A stretch of DNA of 56,859 bases, filler included, from Sphacelaria rigidula (lineage: Eukaryota): the NCBI GenBank assembly GCA_964200075.2. It is 4 parts of 4 records of this genome, joined end to end, with 100 filler letters (N's around TTAATTAATTAA, not from the genome) between each part and the next. Parts side by side here need not be neighbours in the genome. Positions count along the whole stretch, not along the records: positions 14,242 to 28,382 come from CAXNAA020002433.1; 3 more parts are not named here. The stretch is one strand, 5' to 3'. A program made the translations under genes and the position numbers. Under the pieces are notes generated by a model that was given only the letters and a program-made list of their open reading frames with translations, did not search any database and was not told the origin of the DNA. This document shows positions 14,142 through 26,291 of this stretch, in pieces (the stretch's first letter is position 1; each line of letters starts with the position of its first letter).

Positions 14142-14241
14142 NNNNNNNNNNNNNNNNNNNNNNNNNNNNNNNNNNNNNNNNNNNNTTAATTAATTAANNN
14201 NNNNNNNNNNNNNNNNNNNNNNNNNNNNNNNNNNNNNNNNN
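14142..14241. other. Artificial contig linker (N44-TTAATTAATTAA-N44)
   Basis: Exactly 100 bp, with a central motif giving stops in all six frames. The flanking contigs are of nearly identical length. Confidence 0.97.
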
Positions 14242-16050
14242 TATGGAGATGCCGCCAACCCTAACGCTAACCCTAACCCTAAACCCCGACCAAGGCATAC
14301 CGAGAACCATCGGGCAAGGGGTTGCAGAGTGTTACGTCGGCAAAGTGTGCGTTGCCAGAGCTCAAATCGACGCCTTTCAGCCGATTTTGGACCAAAACAC
14401 GTTCTGAACGAGCTGGGTCCACTGCTCACCTGCCCCAGACCATGAATTTTCTCAGAACTTTGTTTATTCTAAAATAAAGTAAAATCGAGTACCAACCATT
14501 GTTTACGTACGAATCCTCAGCTCTACTGGAGGCTATGGTTTGAATAGCTGTCTGTTTGGAGAGATGCATCATAATCGCACCCACTGCAGGCAACATATCG
14601 GCACCACACCGAACGATGGAGTAAGCTACTATATTCACAACCCCCGAGTACCCTTCGTGTAGTCTTCTTAGATTGCGTATGTGTGTCGGCAGCAGCGGGT
14701 TGTGCTGTTTGCGTCAAGTACGGTCGCCGTTTACCCAGCAGAATCGGACTTGATTTCGAAGTGAAGAGCAGAAAAAATCCAGTACTTCGGAGTAGTAACC
14801 TACCTGCCTGCTGTGCTGCACAAGCTGCACGCTACGGCACCGTCTGTACGATAGGTAATGTCTGCAGCTCGTGGTTTGGTGAGTGTATCTGAGCGCACGA
14901 CTCACAGAAAGCAAGCGTACTTGATATATGCAAACCTGGCATTGAGCGTTTGAGTGCCTCTTGTTTTGTTCGACAGCGATCTACTGCCGCTGACGACCCC
15001 CGCAACAGCAAGGATGTAAATCCTGAGCGATTATCCAAACACAACACAGCTGTCCGGCTGTCTGCGCAGATACTACAACAGCAGATCACAGCAGACATGA
15101 AACAGGTAGCTCCTCCTGGCAAAACACCGTGTGACTGTGATCTAGAATACATGTTGTATCTCCTGCTTGATCATTTCTACAGTTAGTTGGTGTATTCATT
15201 TATTTGTGTCTACTATTACTGAGAAAGTTGGAGTCGAAATTTTGGGATTTTTAGGGGGTCAGTGTGGAGCGTACCGGGGTATCGGCGCGGCAGAGGGCTG
15301 GAGCGTAGGAAAGGGTAGTGGAATACGATCAGGAGGTCTTGACTAAGAGTTGGGACTATCTACTAATAGTATCAAGTTCCAGCGATGGCGATGGCGCTTA
15401 ACTTTTCCTTTTTGTATGTCCGCCCCCCCCCCCGAAATGTGTTGTGATTGCCTTGGCATCCCATGTATTTTGGACGCCAGTCTACCTTTCGCAACATGTG
15501 AGCTCATCTACCGGGGTCGCACAGGAGGGAAGTCAGCACAGGAGTTTTCTGCTTACCTTTTTTTTTTCTTACTCCACCTCCCTTGTGCAGTGGAATAGGG
15601 GCAAATCGCCACCATCACCGGGCGGCATAATTATTTCTCGACTGTTGGCCAATACAGGGTAACGAGTGAGCTGGAAACAAAAAACATAATTTCAACTGAC
15701 AACCGCAAACTATTTTATCACAACAATTATCGCGCATGTATCGGACACGGTTAAGGGCCCGGGCACGCGTAAAATACGTGACTCACGGCACAGAGGAAGG
15801 ACGAATATAGCTACCGGTCGATCACGCCCTTGCCTTTCCGACTGCCCTTCCATTCCAGAAAGAGGTCACGAGAAAAATATCTACCGCAGTTTTGAACGAC
15901 ATTCACGTGCAGCCAGCACCATTCTGCAGTTCATTCATGCGGGGTACTTCCTTGGCATGGGATCGAGAGACGGACAATTCATCCGATGCTGCTTATTTCT
16001 GTAGTAGTACTTCGAAGCAGCATGAAACAAACTCTCAAAATAGTCTGATA

Positions 16051-16652
16051 CTTCCTCTGTCACATAAGTTAGGACCGAATTTTGGCGCAGATCGTATCTT
16101 TTCAACGGAGACGCCTACGATGCTATAATTAGTTTCATCAGAAAGATATTTTTTACAGCTGACTGAAGTAAAAAACGAAATGATTTGCGATTTTATTACA
16201 TCTCAAAGTGTGGGCCAAAAATTCCTCAAAATTGGCCAATTTCGGCTACATTTCGAGATAACGTTTTTAGTGTAGAGCACACCGGGGTATCTGCGCGGCA
16301 GAGGGCGAGAACGTTGGAAAGGACAGTCAAGTACGACGAGGAGGCCTTCACAAAGGCGCGGGACTATCTGGCGTAAGTGATGGAGAGGATGATGAACGAT
16401 TTTTTTCCCCCCCCATGTTTTTTCCTTTTTCGGCACTTTTTTGTTCGTGGAAAGGGGGTAAAAAACGGCCTTTTTGGGGCCGACTTCTTTTTTTCTGGCC
16501 GCTACTCCACCTGGAGTGATGCGAATTGAAAAAAAACAGTGCATTTGACTCAAGAAAACGCCAAGGAAATCAATGAAAGAAACGAAAACAGCATCGGAGA
16601 CCGTTGAGGACGTTTGTGAAAAATTCGGTCCTAACTTATGTGACAGAGGAAG
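16051..16652. mobile_element. Tc1/mariner-like (Stowaway-type) non-autonomous element
   Basis: Perfect ~32-bp TIR CTTCCTCTGTCACATAAGTTAGGACCGAATTT, with TA on both sides (16049-50, 16653-54). Confidence 0.8.
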
Positions 16653-17399
16653 TATAGCGATTTCAGTGCAAATTTTCGTCAGAATAAGGGGTTCGGCGGG
16701 TTGTGCCACCTCAGAAAGACTTGTCGCTGCACTCTTGTCGAGAGCTCCAGCGCACTCTTTCGATCTTTAGTGCGCCCAGTTTGACTTGAGGCCGGGTGAA
16801 CGTTTTCTCAAGCAACCCCAGAATCATACTACCGTATTTCTCTGATATCATCATCATTATTATCGCACATTGGCCTGGTCTCTCGAACCCGTGGTCACAG
16901 ACGTGGACTCTCGCTTTCCAGTGCCGTAACCACTCTCCTTTGCATGAGATAGAAGCGCCCATTGAACGGCTTTGTCTAAGACTCCGAAAACAAAGTAAAA
17001 TAATAATTATTCGAAAAGAGATGAACGTCAAATGGAGACCAGAGCAATGCTACGGTAGGGATGTACTTTTTGCGCGAAATGTTGTCTAGTTCAGGGGCTC
17101 CTAACGATTCTAGATGCACAAGAATGTGGGGTAGGACATCTCCGTCTGCGCATTCAGCCGGGATATCCCCAGCACATTGGAATAGTGCCCCTGGCGTACT
17201 CTCACATATTTTCATAAGTCGTGTTTTGGATGAGATCAAGGGCTCCTAACAATTATAACCTCATGACATATTTGTGCACCCCTACCGTAGCATCACTCAT
17301 CAAGGGAGGGTCGAACAACATCCCCAGGTACTCACGGAGAGAAACATCGAAATTTCCAGGAAGGCGGCAGACACAAGAGCGAGTACACTACTTGATGGG

Positions 17400-19510
17400 C
17401 TACCCGTTATGTTCCGGCGATCTTCGATAGATACAGGGGGAATTCTAGTGGCACAACAAAAAGTTCGTTTGCATGGCGCGCGTTGGTCCAATCCGCCATG
17501 CGCTTCCTAGCTCCTTCCTCTACGACCTGGCACGACCCGGGACCATTTTGCGCAATTTGCGTCCGTCGTGCCGCATCTATTCCGAAGGTGAAGCATTACT
17601 CAGGGATACGATGTTGCAAGCGTTTCGCGAATTGGCCTGCCTCCTTCTCCTCTCCGACCATTTCTCCACGCATGACGATGTCGGGGAGGCGCTCGTCGCG
17701 CTTGCGCGCGACGTGGCCGGCGTACAGTAAGATTTGCCTCGACACGGGTGGTCTCGATGCAATCGCAGCCAGTTCTCTTGAGAACCTGCCGGCGGGCATC
17801 ATAAGGTAGTGCGGGGCCCTGTGCGTTAAGATATGCTCGTTGCGGTACCTCAGCAGTAGCCCGGGGTGGGCTTCGCGCAACAGGCTGAATGGATGAGAAT
17901 GCTTGAATCACGCAGTCGTAGAGCATTATCTCAATCGCTTCTGCCTTCAGGAAACGGACATTTCCGCCCAGGGCAATGCACACGTTGTCGTATATCGGTC
18001 TGCTGTTGTTGATGAAGTACTTCCAGGCCTGTCCAATGCCACGGTTGACGTTAGTAGTGACATCGCCGATGCTGTTGATGGTGCCGCCGAAATAGACGAA
18101 AAGGCTCCACGCGCTCGCACCTTTGGCCTGGCGCCTCCACCTCAATCACGTCCGCCTTCACTCCCAATTGTGTATGGTTCCTGCCTTCTTTTCCGCCACA
18201 ACGAGACCAAACGCCGCACAGACCTGACGGTGGGCGATCTTTGTCAGGCTTGGTTGAGATCACGACGCGATGCCAGCGCCGTCGGCGTGCGGCATGATCC
18301 AAAGCACCTCGCAAAGCAGGTCCGTGGTGTCCCCACCCTAGTAGCGACGCGAATGAAGTCACCCACCGCAGCCTCACCGATCGAGAAGCAGTCGAACGCC
18401 ACCGTCACCAATACCGCGAATAAGATGCTGAACACGTAGGCAACCTCACAGCTTTGGCAGAGGCCCTGGTTAACGTCCAAACCCTCTAAAGTTTCCCCGC
18501 TGTCACGGCGTCCGCACGCCCGCATGCCGTCGTGGAACTGGCTGATGACAGAAACCACCTTTACGGGAACGCCGTATCGTCCAAGCACCTTTTATAGAAG
18601 AGTGTAGTCGACTGAATCGTACTCCTTCCGGAGGTCGATGAAGCACATGTACAGCGGAAGATTCTTCTCTCTGGCCAGTTTTTGACGTCCGCGTACAAAG
18701 TACATCATGTCGATTGTCGGCCGGCGGGGTCGGAAATCGCGTTGAGCTTCTGGGAGGATTCTTTTTCACTCGCAATATTCGCTGAGGCGAATTGTAGCTA
18801 TCTTGAGAACCACCTTGCTCTCGTGGGACCCTAGGGAGATGCCGCGGTAGTTGCCATATTTATGCGAGTCCTCATTCTTGAACATCGCCGCGATGACAAA
18901 CTATTTCCATTCGTGAGCCAATCTGCGATACGGGGGGGGGGGGGGCGTATTTTGGTCTATTTTCCCCACGAAAATCTGCTTCAAATCACCGTCGTACGCA
19001 GAACTAACAACTGTTGTTCGAATGCGCTTATTACGGATAAATGGCACTCATTCATTCCGCTTGACACCGGCTTCTCCCAAATACAAGCGTGCCGCGAGTG
19101 CTTTAGGTCGTCGTACACAGCTATCAAGCCTTTTTTCGTGGAATCCGCCCCCCACCCCCAATGTAGGATCACTTTCCTGTGGCACTACTTCCAAACGCCA
19201 CACTGTTAGCACTAAGTTGTGGAGGCACTTCATTGTATAGCAGAGTCCTCGATGAGGCCAAGCATGAATAGCTTGTCACACAGGTATCAAAATTCAACAG
19301 CCTGGCCATGTGTCAGCTTGCTCGATGCTTCCTTCACTTTTTCCATCGAGGGCTCGGCCGCGAGCGCTTCGTTCCCCGGCATCGGTCCGATGGCATCGAT
19401 GGCAGAGCTGTCGAGCGTAGACGAGATTACGTGCAAACGCTTCTCGAATCGCCCTTTCCACCTCTTCTATACGACGTTGCTTCTCTCGTAACAGCTCGCC
19501 AGACGCGCTC
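17400..19510 (-). mobile_element. Decayed non-LTR retrotransposon (RTE-like LINE) reverse transcriptase
   Basis: Frameshifted LHNLVLTVWRLEVVPQE/WK, NYRGISL, LGRYGVPVKVVSVISQFHDGMRAC...VNQGLCQ and KAEAIEIMLYDCV. Interrupted by an insertion at ~18912-19175. Confidence 0.85.
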
Positions 19511-20866
19511 CTGATGTAGGTTCAGTCACACCCCTTATTCCCTTCTATTTCCAAGGACTTCATGTGCTGGTATACAACATTACCTGGTCCATCCTGCGGG
19601 GTAACTCCGCTGTTGTTGTCCTGGCGGTGGGCTCAAAATAAATTTGTAGACTAGATTGTTTCTCTGAGATCGTCGGTGTGTGTACTCAGATATTTCCAAG
19701 TGTTTCGTGGGCCGTTTGACGGATCGGTAATATTTCTAAAAGTCAAAGTGGGCGTCCGAAAAAAGTCGTGAATGGCGGCGATATCCTCTCGGGAAAAACG
19801 TATCGCAAGACTCTCCGAGGTGGCACAATCCGTGATGCCCCGTGCTACTATTACTGTACTCCGGCGAAAACTAGCGCTGAATCGCCAACATTGCTTTTTC
19901 ATACTTATTTTTCCCCATTAAGAAGTTTTTTCCCATCGAACTGTCGTGCCACGATGTCGCGACCATTTTTTGTCGCACATCACCCACATACCGATACATT
20001 GAGCTCTTCTGCATCGAGGGTTTCTTCAGCGCCGAAACGCGGTGTGCGCGTCCCAGCAGTACCAACTACCCAGACAATAAACGGCCGAAACATGTGCAGG
20101 GGAAGAAAGACACCACCAAGCTGAAATTTCGGACAGCATTCGCTCCATCTTCAGAAGGAAATTTATGCCAGATGCCGTCGTGATGGGCAATAGCTAGTGT
20201 AGTACATATGTTTCCCATATTCAGGGCTTTCATTCAAGCTATAGATCGTTGCTGAGCTCCTGGTATATCAAGAGATATGTCGCCATATTATCGGCACCAA
20301 ATCACAGCTGTTTAGATTTTTGCTGTTCGAAACGCAAAAAATGACCACACTTTACGTGATTTAATTCAGTGCGTTTTAATTATTTCAATGCAGAGGTTAC
20401 CCTCTGGGTGTGGAGCCCTTTAGATCCTGGGAAAAACTATCACTCCACTGCCCTTGAGCAGCTGGGGTGACAACCCTCTTCCCACGATATAAACTAGAAA
20501 TGGCCGGCCTCTGCCACATGGCTCCTGTGGGAAAGGTCTCGCGCTAGAATCACACGCATACCCAATCGTGAAAAACAAAAAACCGTGGGAGCAGAAGATT
20601 GCGGCTCACGCATTTCGACCCAACTATTGTTTGAGTTTGAGGCGGTCATCCATAAACCCCGCGGCAAGGCACCAAACTGGTACTTGCATATACCGGGAGG
20701 GAAAAACAAACAAATATTAGAGGGAGATGGAAAGAGAACGAGAGCAGAGAAGGAGGCGTAAAAGACATGTTTTCGTCAGATTGAGAGTCTAGGATCCATT
20801 TGAGAGTGGGCAGAGCTCAATTCAATAATGTAATGTTTCGGGTCCGAAATGCCCCTCCACGAGGCC

Positions 20867-21632
20867 TGTTGCAGGTTAAGGGCAACGCCCGGTTAAGGGC
20901 AACGTTTCGCTTAAGGGCAAGCGCCCCTGACTGTGGGGAAGCGCACCTGGGTAAGGGGAAGCGCCCCTGACTATGGGGAAGCGCACCTGGGTAGGGGGAA
21001 GCGCACCTGGGGAAGGGGAAGCACACTTGGGTAGGGGGGAGCGCATCTGGATACGGGAAAGCGCCCCTGAATATTGGCATCTGCCCCTAGCGACGGAGAA
21101 GCGATACACGTATCGTCGTCATATTCCCGAATCAGCCGAAGAATGCCAAACTGTCTAGGGCGTGCTAAGTGTAATGCGTGAGAGGACCGCGTGTTTAGAG
21201 GACCGCATCGGAATTTGAATATCCCTAACCCTAACCTGTATCGCGTGCCCGCAAGCGAGAGACACCTGTATCGTGTGCCCACGAGCCAAAGACACACGTA
21301 CCGTGGGTCCTTGGCACGCCCTAGACAGTTTGGCATTCTTCGGCTGATTCGGGAATATGTTGACGATACGTGTATCGCTTCTCCGTCGCTAGGGACAGAT
21401 GCCGATGATCAGAGGCGCTTGCCCGTATCCAGGTGCGCTCCCCCCTACCCAGGTGCGCTTCCCCCTACCCAGGTGTGCTTCCCCTTACCCAGGTGCGCTT
21501 CCCCATAGTCAGGGGTGCTTCCCCTTACCCAGGTGCGCTTCCCCATAGCCAGGGCCGCTTGCCCTTAATCCGGACCGCTTGCCCTTGAGCGAAAAGTTGC
21601 CCTTAACCGGGCGTTGCCCTTAACCTGCAGCA
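20867..21632. mobile_element. Foldback element with ~300-bp TIRs containing 20-bp tandem repeats; TG...CA ends, 5-bp TSD
   Basis: TSD AGGCC at 20862-66 and 21633-37. The empty site CACGAGGCCCGAT is seen in other copies of the host MITE (~10537; ~22540 reverse). Arms carry GGGGAAGCGCACCTGGGTAA units. Confidence 0.9.
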
Positions 21633-21719
21633 AGGCCCGATACACTTTCTGTAGTAGCTTGTCACCCCCAAGACTTTGATTTCCCTGAGTAGGATGTCGA
21701 CGTGTAGGTGTAAGCACAC

Positions 21720-21938
21720 TGGAATGCGTGAGAGGACCGCGTGCTTAGAGGGCCGCATCGTAGTTCGAAACACCTCAGGATCGAGGTTTATCGAAATCAA
21801 TCGGGCCAGTCGATCCCAACAGGGACCACGCCCCTGACCCTAACCCCAACACTGCCCCTAATCCTGACCCTAACCATAGGGGTGTTTAAATTCCGATGCG
21901 GTCCCCTAAGCACGCGGTCCTTTCACGCATCACACTTA
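21720..21938. mobile_element. MITE with ~50-bp TIRs and a TAACCC-like core
   Basis: ATGCGTGAGAGGACCGCGTGCTTAG...CTAAGCACGCGGTCCTTTCACGCAT. The same TIR occurs at 21166-21225. Confidence 0.75.
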
Positions 21939-22228
21939 TTTTATATAGTCATTAACTGATGTTGGCAGGCAGTGCTCTTAACATATTATTGTTGAACCCT
22001 GCATCGTGTTTTGCTGTTTCGTCTCGAATCAGCCGAACAAGGCGCTTCCCGAACCCATCATTTTTATGCCGTAGCTGTCCCTGTGATGTTGTGCATCGAA
22101 GCACTCTGCGACGATCACGATGCGATGTGCGCTGGAGAGTGCCTAAGCGGTTGTACTGCTGGATGCTGTGTTTCGGTCTGAACATAATTGAGGTGGAATC
22201 AAAGTGCTGTTCGAGCGAAGAAAGGTTG

Positions 22229-22910
22229 CAAGGTCAGGTCGAGTAGAGTATACTCAATACTCAGTATTTTCGAAGAGTCTTAATTTCAGCACTCAAATTG
22301 TGAGTATATCATTTGAGGCCGTACTCCACCTTATCAAAATTAGAGTAGTCTACACCGTTTTCGTGAGATTGAGAGTAGAGCACCGATTGAGAGTGGCTTT
22401 GATCGTTCGCTGAAACTTAGCCAGATTTTCATTCCGTGTGTGCTCTTCTTTGCCTCCATCACTGGCGTGTACTTACAGCTTCATGTATACCCTACTTATG
22501 GCTATCAACGGTCTCAGTGGCAAGCTACTACAGGAAACATATCGGGCCTCGTGGAGGGGTATTTTGGAACTGATACTCATTGTAGCCCGTGACGTATCGC
22601 CACTCATCTAATTGATGGCCATCGTTCGCCCGTGTACTCAAACATAGTCGATGAAGTGACATCACGAGGTCGCCGACGGTCACGGTTGCTCATCATACCC
22701 AAGTGATACTCTATAATGCTCGAGTATTGCTGAGAGTGCTTACTCAAAATTTCAGTAGAGTATTTGAGGCCGTACTCAACCTACTCAAAATTTCAGGAGA
22801 GTATTTGAGGCCGTACCACTCGGTCTACTAACAAAACGTAAAGTGAATACTCGGGTATTTTACTCGAGGATATTCGAAAGTACATACTCCACTCGACTAA
22901 CCTGCCCTTA
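22229..22910. mobile_element. Short complete copy of the TACTCAA-repeat TIR element, with a nested MITE
   Basis: Starts CAAGGTCAGGTCGAGTAGAGT and ends ACTCGAC...CCTGCCCTTA. Shares an internal unique segment with 29105-29200. Confidence 0.7.
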
Positions 22911-23137
22911 ACACGTTGGAACAATCGTCATGTGACAGCTGTGCAGCCGTTTGTTGCGTCTTCTTTAGTACCTTCGTTATAGTCGGGTGCTGTGATCGGG
23001 GGAGACACGCTAGGCGGGCGCGTGCAGGTTGAGGCAAACAAACTGAGCCAGTATGGATGTGCTGTATATCATCGTTTATTGACGGTAGCAGCTGCTGCCT
23101 GCCTCGCAGCGACGCAAGGTGTGGGTCACTCATATCT

Positions 23138-23536
23138 GAAAGAGTTCGTTTTTTCAAAGTACGTCGACATGGTTGAAATGACTCTCCTTACCCGAGGGAA
23201 CGTGTCCGCTTTGGGTCCGTTCAAACGTTCGAAGATACTGTCGAACAGCACTCTGAATATTTCCTGGCATTGGCATCTGCCAATTAGTACAGTACCACAA
23301 ATCGACAATTTAACGTTCTTATTAGAAATCAACAGGCTTCAAACTGTTTGCAGGTAGGAAAACGGGCATTTTTATGGACGAGAAACCCCTGTGTTCCCCC
23401 GTGGGCGTTACATGCGGACCCAAAAACTACGTAGTCCTCCTTTCAAACCTGGCTGGCGGACGGGGAAGCCGCAGTCCCTCGGGTAAGGAGAATCATTTCA
23501 ACCATGTCGACGTACTTTGAAAAAACGACCTCTTTC
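23138..23536. mobile_element. MITE with ~62-bp TIRs
   Basis: GAAAGAGTTCGTTTTTTCAAAGTACGTCGACATGGTTGAAATGA...CCTTACCCGAGGGA and its reverse complement. Confidence 0.8.
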
Positions 23537-23764
23537 GTTTCCAAAGGTGTTCCGAATTTGGGTACATAATAACATGTTACAATACCCAGTGTGACCTGTA
23601 TAGGCAGATGCTCTGCAGATGGCAGCCAGTCAGTAGAGTAGATCAACGAAAGCTCCAGATCGCAGCTGACGCACCCCTCTGCACAATACTAGCAACACTT
23701 AGGTAACCACTCCATAGGTATCTTTTTTCACTCTGCATGTCAAAAAGGTCTTCACAAATGTTTG

Positions 23765-24290
23765 ATATCTCGTTCACACCCCCCAATTGGCGTGTGGTCA
23801 AGCGCCCGGTTGGGGGTGGGGGGAAATCGACGGTGAATAACACCCCCTAAGTTCATATTGAATCTATCTAGTCTTGCCGCAGCACCGTCCTTGCGGGCAT
23901 GTGTGTGACCTAACCCAGTAGTAGCGGTGGCGGGAATATTGCCCTCTTTTTCAAGGACATGTTTTTCAGCGCACAGAGGCGCGTGCTGTCCAGAAAGAGA
24001 GCCAGAGAGAAATTGATCTTCGCATCGGTGAGGTGCTCAGGCAAGACGAGGAGACGAAATCTCTCCGCAGCTCAATGTTTTAGCACATGGAAAATTGGGT
24101 ACATGCTGGTAACATCGATGATGTCAATCTCTCGAGCGATTGGTAATCGCCGAGCGAGGACACAACACGGGCGAGGAGCTTCCTCTCTGTCGTTGCTCCT
24201 CTCTCTGGTGATATCGTCATCGACACGCGTGTTTACCGCATTCGTTGGGTGCACCTAGCCCGAACTGCCTAACTCCTCCTGCGGAGTTTT
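23765..24290. repeat. Dispersed repeat family copy
   Basis: Reverse-complement homologue at ~50560-51085 (GCCCTCTTTTTCAA...CAGCGCACAGAxGCGCGT; TCGTCATCGACACGxGTGT). Confidence 0.7.
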
Positions 24291-24817
24291 GGGGGGAAAG
24301 ACTTTCGTTCTTTTTTACTGTTTGATATTTTCCCAACGAAAACGATTTGAGGGTTGAACCTCATTTTTTTGCTCAACCCCAAAAATTAGGATCCGCTGTT
24401 TAGAGCAGACATTGCTGAATCCACGCGTTTTACTCCCCAACATGACAGAATACAATAATTGCTGAATCTACGCGTTTTACTCCCCAAGATGAACATGCGC
24501 CCATGCACTACCATACTCATGGCCGCGATTTTGTCGAACATATGTGTGTACGATGCTCTGCAGGTTGAGACGTCAACAAAAGACCACGTGAGCGGACCAC
24601 AGTATATGGATTGGAGAGCGTTGTGAGGTAGGGACCGTCGAGAAATATAAGGACGCCACGGCTCCAGCTAGAAAGTACGCTTCGGCAGTGTACGGCTCCC
24701 CAAGGGCTTCAGGCGCGCCTAAGACTGTCGCTCCGTGCCGTCATCAGCTTCGCACGAGGTGGGGTTCTGTGTGGTCCTCACCAAAGACGACTAACTTGTT
24801 GTTTATTCAAGTGACAC

Positions 24818-25660
24818 ATGCCTCGAATGTGCTGCCATGTTGGTTGCTCTACGCGAGCATCGTACGGCCGACCAGGCACTCGAATGGCGGAGTTCTGTGT
24901 TGGACACGCCGAGCGCGGTATGCAGGACGTCGTTAGTAGAAAGTGCTGCAGCGTGGGCTGCGGAAGATACCCGTCGTACGGAGCGGAAGGAACCCGTAAG
25001 CCGCTGTTCTGCGTGGGGCATGCCAAAAAAGGAATGATCGACCTTGCGAACAAACGAAAGAAGTGCTTGCATAGCGGTTGCACCAAGAGGCCATCGTTCG
25101 GGTTCACGGGAACTAAGAAGGCAAAATACTGCGTGCAGCATGCTGAGGACGGAATGGTGCACGTGGTGAGCAAGAAGTGTATCCAAGAGGGCTGCAACAA
25201 GCAGCCGTCGTTCGCTCTTGCAGGAGAGACGATAGCGCGATTCTGCTCACAGCATGCCAGTGATGAGATGTTGAACATTGCATACAGGAGGTGTTCTCGC
25301 AAGGGTTGCTGCAGGCGGCCGTCGCATGGTTGGATGGGAACCGGTGACGCGAAATTTTGCAGCGGGTGTGCCGACGACGGCATGCTGGACTTGAGGCAAT
25401 CAAGAAATGTTGGGGCCCGCCGTTTGGAGTCGCTCGCGTGCCCTCCGTCAGTACAACTTGACATTGTTGACCCAGGGTTTCGCCGGGCGCCGTGGAAGTT
25501 TAAGCGCGTGAAAGCCCGTCGTCTGGAGACGGCTGCCAGCTATCCACCGGTACAACTTGACGTTGTTGACCCAGGGTTCCAACGGTCGTTTTGGCAGTTT
25601 AAGCGAGCCAGGCAGGACAGTAAGCGCGTAGTTCAAATCTTATTAGGTCCGCACGCTTAG
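24818..25660 (+). CDS. EsV-1-7 cysteine-rich repeat protein (5 repeats), intronless, 280 aa
   Basis: Five units of C-x3-G-C-x3-(P/A)-S-(Y/F/H)-G-x8-(F/Y)-C-x2-H-A-x2-G-M. The fifth unit has C in place of H. Confidence 0.9.
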   Translation: MPRMCCHVGCSTRASYGRPGTRMAEFCVGHAERGMQDVVSRKCCSVGCGRYPSYGAEGTRKPLFCVGHAKKGMIDLANKRKKCLHSGCTKRPSFGFTGTKKAKYCVQHAEDGMVHVVSKKCIQEGCNKQPSFALAGETIARFCSQHASDEMLNIAYRRCSRKGCCRRPSHGWMGTGDAKFCSGCADDGMLDLRQSRNVGARRLESLACPPSVQLDIVDPGFRRAPWKFKRVKARRLETAASYPPVQLDVVDPGFQRSFWQFKRARQDSKRVVQILLGPHA

Positions 25661-26005
25661 GGCGGCAGCCGGGGTCACCATCCCGCCTGCTTCTTTTAGG
25701 AGAACATGTTCGAGTAGGCTGTAATATTTCGCTGGCAACCATGCTTGAATGAACAGTATTTGCACGCTGCCGCCAGGGCATACGCTAGGACGCCTGGTCG
25801 ATTGTTGTCGTGAGGAAATGCTAGCCAATAGGTTGGGGCTCGGAACATGAGCTTGGGCTATCATGTAGTGAAAGTACATGCAAGTATACTGAGGAAGCTA
25901 ACACTAGGCTGAACAAGGTATTGGACTTTTGCGTTGAAGGGGGGATGGTATAAAGTAAAACGATGAGTTATCGTCAAATAACGTCCTACCACAGTTCACA
26001 ACGTA

Positions 26006-26291
26006 TTCGTGAGATTGAGAGTAGAGCGCTGGTTGAAAGCGGCTTTTATCATTTGTTTTCACTTGGCCGATGTTGTATTCCGTGTGTGGTTTTCTTTTTC
26101 CTCCATCACTAGCGTGTGCTTACAGCTACACGTCGATGTCCTACTCAGGGATATCGAGGGCCTCAGTGGAAAGCTACTAAACAAAGCATATTGGGCGTCG
26201 TTCGGGGGCATTTCGGAACTGAAACGATTCATTCTCTGATTGACAGCTGTTCACTCTCAATCGTACCCACTACTTTCAATCTCACGAAAAC
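26006..26291. mobile_element. MITE of the GTTTTCGTGAGAT family
   Basis: TTCGTGAGATTGAGAGTAGAG ... TCAATCTCACGAAAAC; the body matches 10447-10740 in reverse. Confidence 0.75.

Noticed and set aside
14258-14290. Telomere (TAACCC repeats; also ~4637, 11489, 21225, 21835, 44280)
   Set aside because: Only a few imperfect units, embedded in dispersed repeats.
14977-15105. Possible isolated exon (RSTAADDPRN...ADMKQ)
   Set aside because: Splice-like boundaries, but no partner exons or homology to support a gene.
20817-21508. Pro-rich repetitive ORFs
   Set aside because: These are translations of the 20-bp arrays in the foldback arms.
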